Origin: Lama glama
Lineage: Eukaryota
Assembly: GCA_028534125.1 (NCBI GenBank)
Contig: CM052818.1
Coordinates: 29,080,001-29,144,000, forward strand
Direction of reading: 5' to 3'
Length of the DNA stretch: 64,000 bases
Shown piece after piece: positions 39,913 through 51,774 of this stretch (positions are counted from its first letter, which is position 1; every line of letters begins with the position of its first letter). The notes under the pieces are model-generated. The model was not told the origin of the DNA and did no database searches. It was given only the letters and a program-made list of their open reading frames with translations. The position numbers were made by a program, and so were the translations under genes.

Positions 39913-41286
39913 ATTAGAAGGACTTAAGGGCTTAAAGAAAAAATGTAATATTAGCTTACTCACTCTATTATAAGTCACTTTAAGTACATTTCCCAGTGTT
40001 TAAACAATTACAGTGACTTTACTACTGATATATTTAATTGCTGCTTTTGAAACAAATATAGAATTATCCTTTCCATTCAAGCCTTTGACTTCTCCATATG
40101 TAATTCATTACTTTGGTGATTTGGAGATTCATTCTGTCATAATGATACTATAAAGTGAATTCTATATGAAGCAGGTTCATCTTGGATTACTTCCAAGTAT
40201 ACTTAGGAATCAAAATGGCTTGCTTTCAAATGGCCCAACTCCAAGGTCAATTCCAGAGCATGAACTCCACGGAAATATTACAAGGAGGCTTCCATGTAGC
40301 TGCTCCACTAAATCAAATCTGTTTCTAATTGCATAGTGTATAATGTTTACACTTGCTCAGATTAATGGTTTACTTCCTGGCAAAACTTTATAAACACCAA
40401 ATCGTCAATAAATTGCCATCTACAAAGCAGGAAATTTTAAATGCATACCAAATGCAATTCCCTTCTCATAAGCACAAAAATATTTTCCTGAAAGGAGCTC
40501 AGTTTTCAAGTACAAAATACAGTATGTTGTGGTTCATAATATTCCAAGCATACAAACTGATAGAAGACTACTAATTTATTATCTTACTCATTTATTTTGC
40601 AAGGAGCTTACCATAAATCTTAATAGTGACAATTTACTTCCTCACTGTAGACCAAGTTACATTATTAATCGAGTAGGCACAGTTTGAGTTGAAAAAATTT
40701 TTCACTGAGCAATTGTTTAATGGAGAAGAAATTCTCAGTGTACTATTCCAAATATGCTCTCTTATGTAATAGTACCATCTAGTGGATTCTCATCCATAAC
40801 ACAGGAAACTAACAAATATGCTCTAACAAATATGTTAACAAGTTAACAAATATGCTCTGAATCAGGGAAAGTTCTTTTTTAAAACAGTATTGTTGTGTAT
40901 ATATTTAGTAGACTTCTTACGTCAACAAAAGTACTGAGCAGAGCTAGGGAAAAAAAATTGAAAAGAACTAGAGTGCGTTGCTCACTAAACTGTGAACGGT
41001 CTATTTTATTAGACCGGGGATAGATAGTATCGGTCACTTAATCTTTGTTATAATCATTTGATATGACATAGGTTATTACTAATTTTAGACACTTTAGCAA
41101 ATAACCCACATCTCTTTCTCCCAAATATCACAGAATGCAGAATAAAAATAACTGTTATATAGGTACAACACTGAATCCATTCTAAATTGTCTTTCATTTT
41201 AAAGCAAGTCATTTGCAAGCTTTAGTAACTTGTTAATAGAAATTAATTTCTTGTGAGACACTTCACAAGAAATGGGATTCATCCCT

Positions 41287-41390
41287 CTGTCAACAATGCA
41301 TTTAAGGACCATGTGGCATATATCAAGTACTCAAAATTTTAATTTCATTTAGTGAAAGTTACAGTTTTACTTAATGTGAATCTTCAATTT
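41287..41390 (+). repeat. Donor copy of an exact 104-bp direct repeat
   Basis: Identical to 42400-42503. Confidence 0.97.
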
Positions 41391-41524
41391 GAGTGTGTGA
41401 GGGAGGAAGAGAGGGATGGAAGGAGTAAACAAGTCACTCTCCTTTAGTCAGTGGCTCACCATCTCCTAGGACTCGGAACTTTCTAATTCATGAAGTGGGG
41501 CCCATTGTAATATTAGAAACTTAC

Positions 41525-41793
41525 AGTTTAAAAAAAAAGTATTTGACTTACAGTGTTGTTAGTTTCAGATACACAGCAAAGTAATTCACCTTCTTTTTTC
41601 AGATTATATTTCACTCTAGGTTATTACAAGATATTTAATTCCTTATGCTATACAGTAAATCCATATTTCTTATCTATTTTATGTATAGCAGTTTGTATCT
41701 GTTAATCCCATACTCCTAATTTGTCCCTCCTTCCCTCTCTCTCCCCTTGTGGTAACCATAAATTTGTTTCCTTTGTCTGTGATCCTGTTCCTG
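41525..41793 (-). mobile_element. Short L1 3' end
   Basis: Reverse L1 3'UTR (cagtttgtatctgttaatcccatactcctaattt); flanking agaaacttac at 41515 and 41794 is a probable TSD. Confidence 0.8.
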
Positions 41794-41799
41794 AGAAAC

Positions 41800-42100
41800 T
41801 TACTTCTTAAACTGAACCAAAAGCTTTTTCTCTGAAGTTTCTTCCCACCGAATGGTGCATGTTCCACCTTCTACAGCCATACAGAACTGCTTCATTCCTG
41901 TTTATATGGGACAGTCCTAAAAATATTTCACAAGATACATTTTTTCTCTTCAAACTAAACATTGCCAGTTCTTTCAATTATATCTCCTACAGGGTGGTTT
42001 TTAAATCTTCACACTATCTGACTACTCTACTTCCCTTGCATTTGTCTTTCTTTGATGCTTACCCTATACTTAACAGCATTCTCACTGAGTATGTTGGCCT
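41800..42100 (-). mobile_element. L3/CR1-like relic
   Basis: tctcttcaaactaaacattgccagttctttcaa resembles a CR1 3' region; highly decayed. Confidence 0.4.
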
Positions 42101-42115
42101 CTATAGCTCTGACTA

Positions 42116-42613
42116 TGTAACTTAAATAAAGAGGTAAACTGAGGCAAGGTCTAATTACCAATACTTGAGTTTATTCAGGAATAGCAGAGGAAACACAAGT
42201 CGGGATACACATGCTATGGCAAGCTACAGGCAAGTCCCTTGAAGGTTTGAGGTGAGCTGTATTTATGGGCAAGGAGTGAAAAGAAGGGACAATTCAAAGC
42301 CCAAGCAGTAAATTCATTGGTTTGAGGATGGGAAGAGATTCTTGGCAGATGCTGATTACCCAGGAGGTAAATTTCAGTCTTCCGTAAATCAGGCATTTAC
42401 TGTCAACAATGCATTTAAGGACCATGTGGCATATATCAAGTACTCAAAATTTTAATTTCATTTAGTGAAAGTTACAGTTTTACTTAATGTGAATCTTCAA
42501 TTTTTTACTGGAAATCAGTCTCTCAGTTCTTAAATTCTGTTCTTCTGAGGGTGCATGCATAAGATTATCCATTTCATATCTCAAATTCCATTTTATAAGG
42601 GGATCCTTTCACA
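42116..42613 (-). mobile_element. ERV solo LTR carrying a 104-bp insertion
   Basis: TG...CA termini, reverse AATAAA (tttatt near 42170), 4-bp TSD acta/gcta. Confidence 0.7.
42400..42503 (+). repeat. Inserted copy of the 104-bp direct repeat
   Basis: Identical to 41287-41390; flanked by duplicated tttactg. Confidence 0.97.
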
Positions 42614-43279
42614 GCTACTCAATGAAAGTGACCCTGTCATGTTATTGGCCAAACAAACTTATGACACTCAGTCTAGTGTTATCTTTTACTCTTTTTGCTG
42701 CTATCACTCTAAGTACTGATTTTCAATCTGTATTTCTGGAAATCCTACGGTTAGCACAAGTGCCTCAGGGTAGTTCAGGAGGGGCCAATAACCAGGAGTG
42801 AAAAACTTCCCACACCCCTGCCTCAACTAGAACAACTACACTTTCATTCAACCTTACATTCAGCTTCTACAGGGAAATACATTTGAAAAGACTGTTTTGG
42901 GGGCATGGGGTGATTTTAAAGTTTGAATAGCATCACCCTAGAACAGAGGTGGAACAATACAAGGATGTCCACAAGACATTAGGAATTCAGGGAGCCAAAG
43001 ATCAATTCAGGCAGGAACACCTTTTCCCAGGATCTCATCTTCTTCTGAGCGGTAGATCAACTTGAGATCAATTAGTAATTCCATTCAGAGGGTGTTTCCT
43101 CTGTCCCTTTCCCGTCCCCTCCCCCCAGTTTTATTGGTATATGGGAAGGTACTTCCTCCAATTCAGATTATGTGATGTTATATTTTCATTCCTAAAGGTC
43201 AGGATGAAGGTCAACAGACAGGTCAAGAATAGTGTCATTCTATTTGGACGTATAACTATGTCCATGCAAATGTTTAGGA

Positions 43280-43436
43280 AATTGGTTCTCAATCTTTACT
43301 ACACCTTAGAACTCTGAGAGATCTTTAAGTAACATCAGTATCCAGGCACCATTCTGATTCTGCTTACACTGGTCTTAAGTATGACTTGAGTATCAGTATT
43401 TTTAGTCTCCCCATGCAATCAGAGTTGAGAACCTCC
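43280..43436. mobile_element. MER5-like MITE
   Basis: Perfect inverted termini ggttctcaa...ttgagaacc about 150 bp apart. Confidence 0.6.
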
Positions 43437-44059
43437 CATTGAAAATAAGACAAACTGAATATAATTTAAAGAGGGAAATGTAAGTATGGAGAATGAGTGG
43501 AACTAATGGTAAAAGTGACTGAGGGATTTAATGAGGTTACAGAGAGATTAGTTTGTGAGAGTCAGGCAAAGGGTGGAGGGTATCAGGAAGTAACCATTTC
43601 ATTGAGCATTTCTCTCAGGTTTCAGAATGATCCATTTGTACACTGAGGGGTAAATGCACAGCACTCTGAACATGCACTTCGGCAAGATTTCAAAACCATC
43701 ATTTGTAGACATAGACAACAGGCTAGCCACAACCAGAAAAGCTGCCAGCCAGTTGGTGTCTGTTAAGTACAGTAAAACCAAGCAAGGGTCTGAGTCCAGA
43801 GAAATGAGAAAAGAGGGAGCAGAACAGACTTGACCATTCAAACAACTCTCTTGCTTGTACCCTCAAGTCCCTGACCCCTTGTCTTTCCTTTCTGTTAACA
43901 CTATTTGTTGAGTCCTCACTTACTAGGACAGATATATCGAGTTCAGGGAACTCATTTTTCATTAAAAAATGAAAAGACATTATCCCTGTTCCCTTGGAGC
44001 TTGCATTCCAGTAATGAGTTGATGGTCTAGCTTTTTCTATCTTTTCCTTCAAGTTTTTG

Positions 44060-44720
44060 AAGCAGTAGATTACATTCCTTCATCTGCTTCCCGGCCTCCA
44101 ATTCACTCCTCAACCTCTAGCAATCTTCCATCACCTCCATTACCAAATAACTCATAAAGCTAGATAATAATCTCCTTGCCACCAAATCCATTCTCTCAAC
44201 ACTCAATAAAGGTTTGAATGACCACATTACTTTTCTGTTTTAGTGTTGTTTTTTTAACCCTGCCTCAGAATTAGACACTACTGTCCATTTTCTCTTGCCT
44301 CCCAGAGTTCCTGAAATACTTCACTGTTTTATGCTTTTCAGTCCCTGATACTTGATCCTTCCTCTCTCCACACTCTAGCATTTTGCCTCTTCTGTCTTCT
44401 GCCCAGATGACTCCTCTACCACAAATTCACTTCCTCCCTCCATCATATTTATTCCCTCACATATGACTGCTATCATTATGCTACTGACTTCAAAATCAGT
44501 ATCTGCACCCAAAGCCCAAATCTATGTATTTACCTGCCCACTAAACATCCACCTCAATGTCCCACAAGCACAGGGAGCCCAACACCTCCAAATGTCATCT
44601 CTTCTACTTCCTAAACTGCTTCTCCTACATTCATATCTCATTGAAACAACACTGTCCTAAGTTATCTAAGTTGTAAAGTGGGAGGAGTCCTTCATGGCTA
44701 TTAGCCCTTCCCCACCAACT
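44060..44720 (+). mobile_element. L2 relic
   Basis: cactcctcaacctctagcaatc..., ctactgacttcaaaatc, cacctcaatgtcccacaagcac. Confidence 0.6.
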
Positions 44721-45829
44721 CCCACAACAGCCCATGAAATGATCCAGGAAAAAAAAATTTCGATTTACTCCTTAAATGGCATTTATTCTTTTCAGCAATA
44801 TGCACAGAATGTCATTTCACATCGTTTTGGTTGGAATTCTGTTAGCTGGAATGGCATTTTAGAACCTCATTTTAAGAGCTATTAATGAAAAACGCATTAC
44901 ATAACTATGGAATTGAATATGCAAATCAAATGAAAAACATGTTTTGTATCTTTTTTAAAATTACAGATCAATCAGATGTTTTTAAAACAGAATATGATTC
45001 TCTCCCATTTCTCCTGAGTCTGATATAAAGATCAATGTTCTATGTAATCAGTACAACTGGCAGAAATCTATTAAGGAAGCAGGGAAGAGGTATATTTAGT
45101 ATTTATTTATTAAAATAAGAATAAGGGCTTAACATAGAATAGTCTGTATATAGAAGACTATGGACCACCAGTCAGACAAAATTAGAAGAGTACTACACAC
45201 ATTCCTTGCATCTCTCAAGGGCCATGATAAGAAAGCCATCCATAACTCAAAACAAAACTTAGTCAATCTCTTTTCTTTTCTTCTTCCTGTTCTTTCATTC
45301 CTACCGCCCCCAAAGCTCTCTCTCCACCCAACTAGCTACATATGCCCCCCTATACACACATCTTCATTTTTCTACTCTCATCCAGCTCTAGGATTCTCTT
45401 CCTCTTTTTCTTTTTCCTCTAATCTTTCTGGTCTTATCCTTCTTTACCAGTTTTGCAAATTCTACCTAATTATAAAAGCTTGTATTAGACTGACAAAGAC
45501 AGAAACCTCCTTAGAGACTAATGAGAGGGGAGAATCTGTGTTAGCAAAGACAAAATTACCTTTACCTAGTAAAAGAGTGGGAGAAAACTGAGAAAACTCA
45601 TTCTTTATTAATAAATCTTGTTCCCACACATTCATTTATAGTACATAGCTGAATTGAAACATCCATACCATCTGCCCAATGACTTCTAAGTACGGAGGGA
45701 GGCAGAGGAACTCAGGTTCAGAGTTCTATGTCTCTCTCCTCCATAAAAATAAATTGTCTCTACCCTATTTCTTCCACAACACGTACAGAGCTATGGATGC
45801 TCTGAGGAAGTCCCTCCAACATTTCCACT

Positions 45830-46500
45830 AACTGTCAAAATGGAGGACAACTTTCAAAATGGGAACATGAGGAGCTTGGCAGATCTATTCCCCAAGAAAA
45901 CAAATATAATTGGTGAGAAGTTTAAAAATAGAACTATTTAAAATCTCTTGAAATTGTCCGAAGGACATATAGCAAATGAAAAAACATTTATTCAAAAATC
46001 AACTAAATCTTGGTAAGAACACTGAGAATACGTAGCACTTGAGCCAAGACCTGCCCCCTCTCTCACCCCTCCTACTCAGCATGAGGAAAACTAGGGAAGG
46101 TGTGGCCAAGCACACAGGACTCCCTGTCCCCTCAGTTCCATGTCAGAGATCATGGTATCTGCAGAAGAGGCATGCTGCCAGCATTGCTTGCTCCCTGTGA
46201 CAGAGGCTAAATTCTAGGTGAGTGCAGCTGAGAGCTGATGGCTCCCTTCCTCCACCCAGCAGGGTGAAGGGTCTACCCCAAGCACAGCAAGCCAAGAATA
46301 CTGAGCTTCCAACCCCCCTCACCCACTCACAAGGCTGCAGTCCCATGTCAAGAGAAGCAAACCAAAAAGACAAGGCTACTGACTCATCCAGTGCACAGCC
46401 CATAATGGGGGACTTCACTCTGAATAAAGCAGGCAACTATCCCTCCGCCTAGCTTTGGAACAGTGACTCTGAGATTTTGCCTAGAGGTAGAGACCATAGA
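45830..46500 (+). mobile_element. Old L1M 5' region
   Basis: aactatttaaaatctcttgaaattgtccgaaggacatatagcaaatg...aaatcttggtaagaac resembles L1M 5' ends. Confidence 0.5.
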
Positions 46501-46520
46501 GAGATTAAAAGCCAAATGAA

Positions 46521-47734
46521 GAGGAGTGGCAAAATGGCGGAATAGAGGGACTCACAGCTCGCCCTCTCCCACAAAAACACGAAGAATTACATCTACAGAA
46601 TTTCTGGTCAAGATGGCCAGATGCTAAACGTATGCTAAAAGAAATATTGAAAGGTCTACCCTAAACAGAAAAGAAGCAGGATGCTACAGAAAGAAGAAAA
46701 CCGTAATTGGAAATTATGCAACAATGAGTTGCAACACAATAAACATGAAGATGTAAAAGACATCATCAAAATCATTTAAGGTAGGAGAGGGGAGCAAGAA
46801 AATATATTTTCGTCTTTTTTTCATTCTTTTTAGGATGTGTTTGAGCTTATATGACCATCAGTTTAAAGCAAACAGATATAGAAATGGGTTAATATACCTG
46901 AAAAAAAGGGTAACCACAAGTCAAAAGCATACAATAGTCACAAAAACCAAAAAGAAATCAGAATACAACAGAAAATTATCAAACCACAAAAAGAAAAAGA
47001 AGGAACAAAGAGGAAATACCAAATCAACTGCAAAACTAAGTTGAAAATGGCAATAAACACACATCTATCGATAATTACCATAAATGTCAATGGACTAAAT
47101 GTTCCAATCAAAAGACAGAGTGGCAGACTGGATTATAAAACAAGAAGCTACAATATGCTGCATATAAGAGATCCACCTTAGGGAGAAGGACACAGACAGA
47201 TTGAAAGTGAGAGGATGGAAAAACATAATTCATGTAAATGGAAACGACAAGAAAGCAGGAATAGCAATACTCGTATCAGACAAAACAGATTTTAAAACTA
47301 AGGCCATAAAGACAGATAAAGAAGGACACAATATAATGATCAAAGGAGCAATACAAGATGAGGATATTACACACTTTAACGTATAGGCACCCAATATAGG
47401 AGCACCTAAATATATAAAACAAATACTAACAGATATAAAGAGAGAAATTTATAGGAATACAGTAATAGTAGGAGACTAACACCCCACTAACATCATTTGA
47501 ATAGGTCTTTCAGACAAAAAATCAGTAAGGCAACAGAGATTTGCAGATACTAACTATTATATATAAATAAACAAATTTATACTGTATAGCGTAGGGAACA
47601 ATAATATCTTGTAGTGATCTATAATGAAAAAGAATATGAAAACAAATATACGTATGTATATATATGACTGAACTATTAACAACAGAAATTGACACAACAC
47701 TGTAAACTGATTATATTTCAATTTAAAAAAAAAA
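46521..47734 (+). mobile_element. Internally deleted L1: 5' tip, ORF1 end/spacer, EN domain, 3' tail
   Basis: aaaatggcggaatag 5' motif; ORF2 ATG at 47047 (MAINTHLSIITINVNGLNVPIK); abrupt switch to the 3'UTR at 47540; poly(A) to 47734. Confidence 0.85.
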
Positions 47735-48429
47735 GTCAGTGTCTATAAGTCTTTTCTCTGGGGTCCTTAATTTCCCCCGTAGAAGAATCCTTCCATTTCT
47801 TTTCTCGGGTATATTACCCTGGATCCAGTATTCTGGCATCATGCAGGGAGGAGAGGGATGAGGATCCCATCATGTTTCAGGCTTCACATGGTTTTCACAA
47901 TGTCTCAAAGAATGTCTCCAGAAACTAACTTATTCCATATGTGTAGAGGGTGTCAGAAGGAACTTTGGCAGCTTGCTCACTATATGTATTTCCAACAATG
48001 ACTTCTCTTCAGCTCTTCCCCATGTCCCCACCTTTATAGTGCCTAAGTGTTCTAAATTCTGAGACTTGAACCTTCTGTGTGTGGGAATGCTCCCTATTCT
48101 TGACAAGGGTAATCCTCCTTGAGGGCACCTAGACTGCAGATTCTTTGCTAGGTTAAGTCAGTTACGGCACATTTACTAATTTTCCTGATGACTTTTTCTT
48201 TTCTTTTTTTTTTTTTTTTTTTTACCATTTTCTGGCAGATGGAATAGACTGGCTACTCAAAGGCCATTCTTATCTTGCTTCTCTACCTATCCTCTACCAA
48301 AGAGGCTGCACAGTTAAAATACTTGGCTTGGGGCCAAATGACATCCTTCAAAGTCCAACAACCCCCATTTCTAGGCTCTCAGATGTCTGCTGGTGATTCC
48401 TCAGCATACAAAGCACATTCTTTACTGGG

Positions 48430-48797
48430 TGTATTTCCCCTACAAACTAATAGCCCTAGGTAATGCCTAATCTCACAGTAGCTCAGGCTGGCTTGCTTCA
48501 GCCCACCTTATCAGTCATAAACCTCACCCTTCATGGACCCTAAACCTCTTTACCTCATCTACAACCAATCAGACTTGCACACAAGCTGAGCAAGCATCTT
48601 GTGCCCTTCTTATAAAAGATCCCAACAACTGGCCCTTGGTGCTCACACAAGCACCTCTTATCTGTGTGGCCAACTGTTGTCTATGGCAGCATACCCCTAT
48701 TAAACTCCTTTACTATTTTCCTCCTTCATCTCTGGTAAATTCTTTTACCAACCCATGTCACTGTGTCACCAACTGGCTGCTGTTGTGTCCCACAACA
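48430..48797 (+). mobile_element. ERV solo LTR
   Basis: CCAAT (about 48565), TATAAAA (48611), ATTAAA (about 48698), ends caaca; 5' boundary uncertain. Confidence 0.6.
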
Positions 48798-48814
48798 CTT
48801 GTCTAACTACCTTA

Positions 48815-49356
48815 CAGTATGAGTAAGTAAGTGGGGGCACCAGGCAGACAGGTGGAGGAGAGTGAGGTTGGTCTGGAAGATGACGTTATGCCCACCTCCA
48901 CCATAAAAGGACTTTACTTCTAAATGAATGCCAGCAAGAAACAGGTTAGAACCCAACAGCCATGACTGCACGGTAGCAGAAAGGACTTAACCGGCCATGA
49001 CCCAACGTTCATTGTATCATAATTAACACTGCAGTTTAGGTACCCCTCCATGGGTTTTTCTTTATACACCACGGGTAAGGACATGCACAAAAGGGGCCAA
49101 ACATTACTAATCATTCCAGGGATAAGGGCTGTCAATCAATCAAAGACAACCTCTAAGCCAGGGTAGTAAGAAAAAAGGGAGACAAAAACCGCCACTTTTC
49201 CTCCCTTGAATCAGCCCACCTCCTGTTTTTAGAGATATACTTTTTTTTCCTAAATAAATCTTTAAAATCTTTTGCTACACAACGCACTATCTCCCAACTG
49301 GAAACTTATCTTTCAGGTTTGACAAGAACTGGGGTCTTTACCTTTTGGGCTAATAA
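48815..49356 (+). mobile_element. ERV solo LTR
   Basis: AATAAA near 49253 and U5-like tctttcaggtttgacaagaact...gggctaata. Confidence 0.55.
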
Positions 49357-50539
49357 TACCCCCTTGAAGCCAGGGCTGGCTGAGGGGACCCAGTTCTCAT
49401 CTACAAGATAGAAACAAAAGACACTAAATGGTGCTGCAGGAAAGCTTTCTACAAGAAACAGACTCAGTCCTCATGCCCCTCTCCTCCTTTCTTCCTGAAT
49501 CTGCAGGATTCTTCCAGAACTATGAGGACAGATGCCTCATGCTGGTGTACAATGAGGCAAGAAATCATGGTGAAAACAAACAAAAAAAGTTAATTACTTA
49601 GAAGCCACTGAAATCAGTAAAGGCCCCAGAAATAGGACACAAGTCATGCAACAATACCAGAATCTTCATTCACAGAAATATTCTGGTTTCTTGGAGTAAC
49701 TCAAAGAAACACAAGGATTTGCTTGGGGGACTTTTACTGCATTGCCCCTTGCCTCCTTGTCTTCATCCTCCTCTCTCCTGGCTCTATTTTAGTGAATAAT
49801 TTCCATTAAAAAAAAAAGTACATATGCACAAGCTCCCAATTTATCTTCTTTTTCTCAGAATGTACCTTTATAAGCAGGACGGGGTAACGCTGTGACCCCC
49901 AGGAGACTGGCTCCCTGGGGACAGTCCCTCTTCCCACCCCTAAATCTGCTTCTGCAACAGAAATCACTGTCCCAAAAATAAATCAAGCCACCCCCACCAA
50001 GCAGTGTTGAGAAATGGATGTTTATTAATTATTTCTTGGAGACAGCTAGAAGGTTGTTTTACAATGAACACCTATGGTTAAAAACAAAACAAAACCAACA
50101 ACAAAAAAAACTTCCTTAAAATAAAATCACCTTTAAAGATCTGTTTTAATCCCATCAGTCATCAACCACATCATTTTTCCCCTCCCTCCCCTCCCCACCC
50201 TGCAGCCTCCCTGCCACTCCAGTCTTCCTATTTTATGCCAAGTGATTTATTTCCTGTCTGCCTCTCATCTTCACATGCATCGGCTAACCTCTTAAAACAA
50301 AAATACATTTTTAGGATACAACCTTCTTAGGAAGGAGTTTGTGAGAGGGCTGTAAATAAGAATTTTCTCCTGTCATACCAGAGCCACAGATTTTGTTATT
50401 GTTGTTGAATTTATTTTACTCATCCTCCCTCTATGCATGGCTACATTTCTTTCTCTTACACTTCCTCAGCTCTTCAAACCTTCTTTTCTTTCCCCCATTT
50501 CCTGCTTCTTTTTATTATTTGTATCTCTTTCACACTATG

Positions 50540-51094
50540 ATAACTTGTTTCTCCCCTTCTCTGGGCAGAAGATGGGTGAGGACCTGATGGGGGGCTGATA
50601 AGGAAAAAGGGAGTGATGGTGAAAGAAGGGGGTTCTGGAGGAGGAGCACTAAGGTGATGGGCAAGGGGACTGCAATGGGCAAGGGGACTGCTTTGGGCAG
50701 GCTTCAGAGGAGCAGAGTCCAAGAATGAGTTTTGGGTGAATGTGATTGGTTGAAGGAATGTGCTCAGAAAAAGCACACAAGGCTAGGAGTGAAGCTGGAA
50801 AGGAAAGAGCAAGCAAGAACGTGGTCTCAGGCAAAGATGGACTTTGGCTTGATCCATAGCGAGAGCGCTCTGGAACAGAAATCATACCCAAGAACCTTCT
50901 GTGTGGACACTCAGTCAATCGCTGGCTATGTGCTTTGGGGGTTAGTGGGCTATGCAGAACTAAGTCCCTTAACAATACTCTGCCAGGGCAATGCTCTGAA
51001 GAAAGGGGAAACAAGTAAGTCATAAGAAGCCAATCTTCACAGAGCAGGGGGATGGGTAAAGGGGATTCAAGTGGGGCACTGCACAATATACCAC
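50540..51094 (-). mobile_element. Old LTR (LTR16-like)
   Basis: Reverse strand begins tgtggtatattgtgcagtgcccc; composition distinct from flanks. Confidence 0.4.
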
Positions 51095-51104
51095 AGAGAC
51101 CAAT

Positions 51105-51372
51105 ATTTATTTATTAAGGAAGAGCTGCCTCTCTTTCAGTGAATATGTGCCAGGCACTACTCAAAATTTTTCTTCCAAAAAAAATTTTTTTTGCATTTTC
51201 TCATTTAATCCTCACAATAGTATGGATAACCTTTTCCTCCCTTTGCAGATGAAGAAACTAAAGCTAAGAAACATTAAGCAATATAAAAAGTTAGAGATAT
51301 TAAGAGAGAGAGAATCTAATCTGGATTAGAATCTAAATTGATTTACTCTGAAGTACAAGCTGTGAACCACTG
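51105..51372 (-). mobile_element. MIR SINE
   Basis: tgtgccaggcact...ctcatttaatcctcacaa...ttgcagatgaagaaactaaagct. Confidence 0.8.
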
Positions 51373-51529
51373 TTTGGTCCTCATAAGAATGGTCCGAGAT
51401 GAGTATTATATTTATATATTCAATTTATAATTAAGTTTGATTCAGGTCCATTCATGTACCTGTACTTATTTATATACTCAGCACACAGTAGGCATTGATG
51501 ACTGGCACAGAAACAGGTAACTAAAACAG

Positions 51530-51728
51530 TATGATAGAAAAGACACTCAACATCATTAGCCATCAGTGAAATGCAAATCAAAACCATGAGGTACCACTTC
51601 ACACTCACTACGATACTAAAATTTAAAAAAACAAACCAAAAAAACCAGACAAGCAGCACATTTTACAACAGCCAAGACATGGAAGCAACCCAAATGTCCA
51701 TCAACAGATGAATGGATAAAGAAGATGT

Positions 51729-51774
<46 letters not shown>

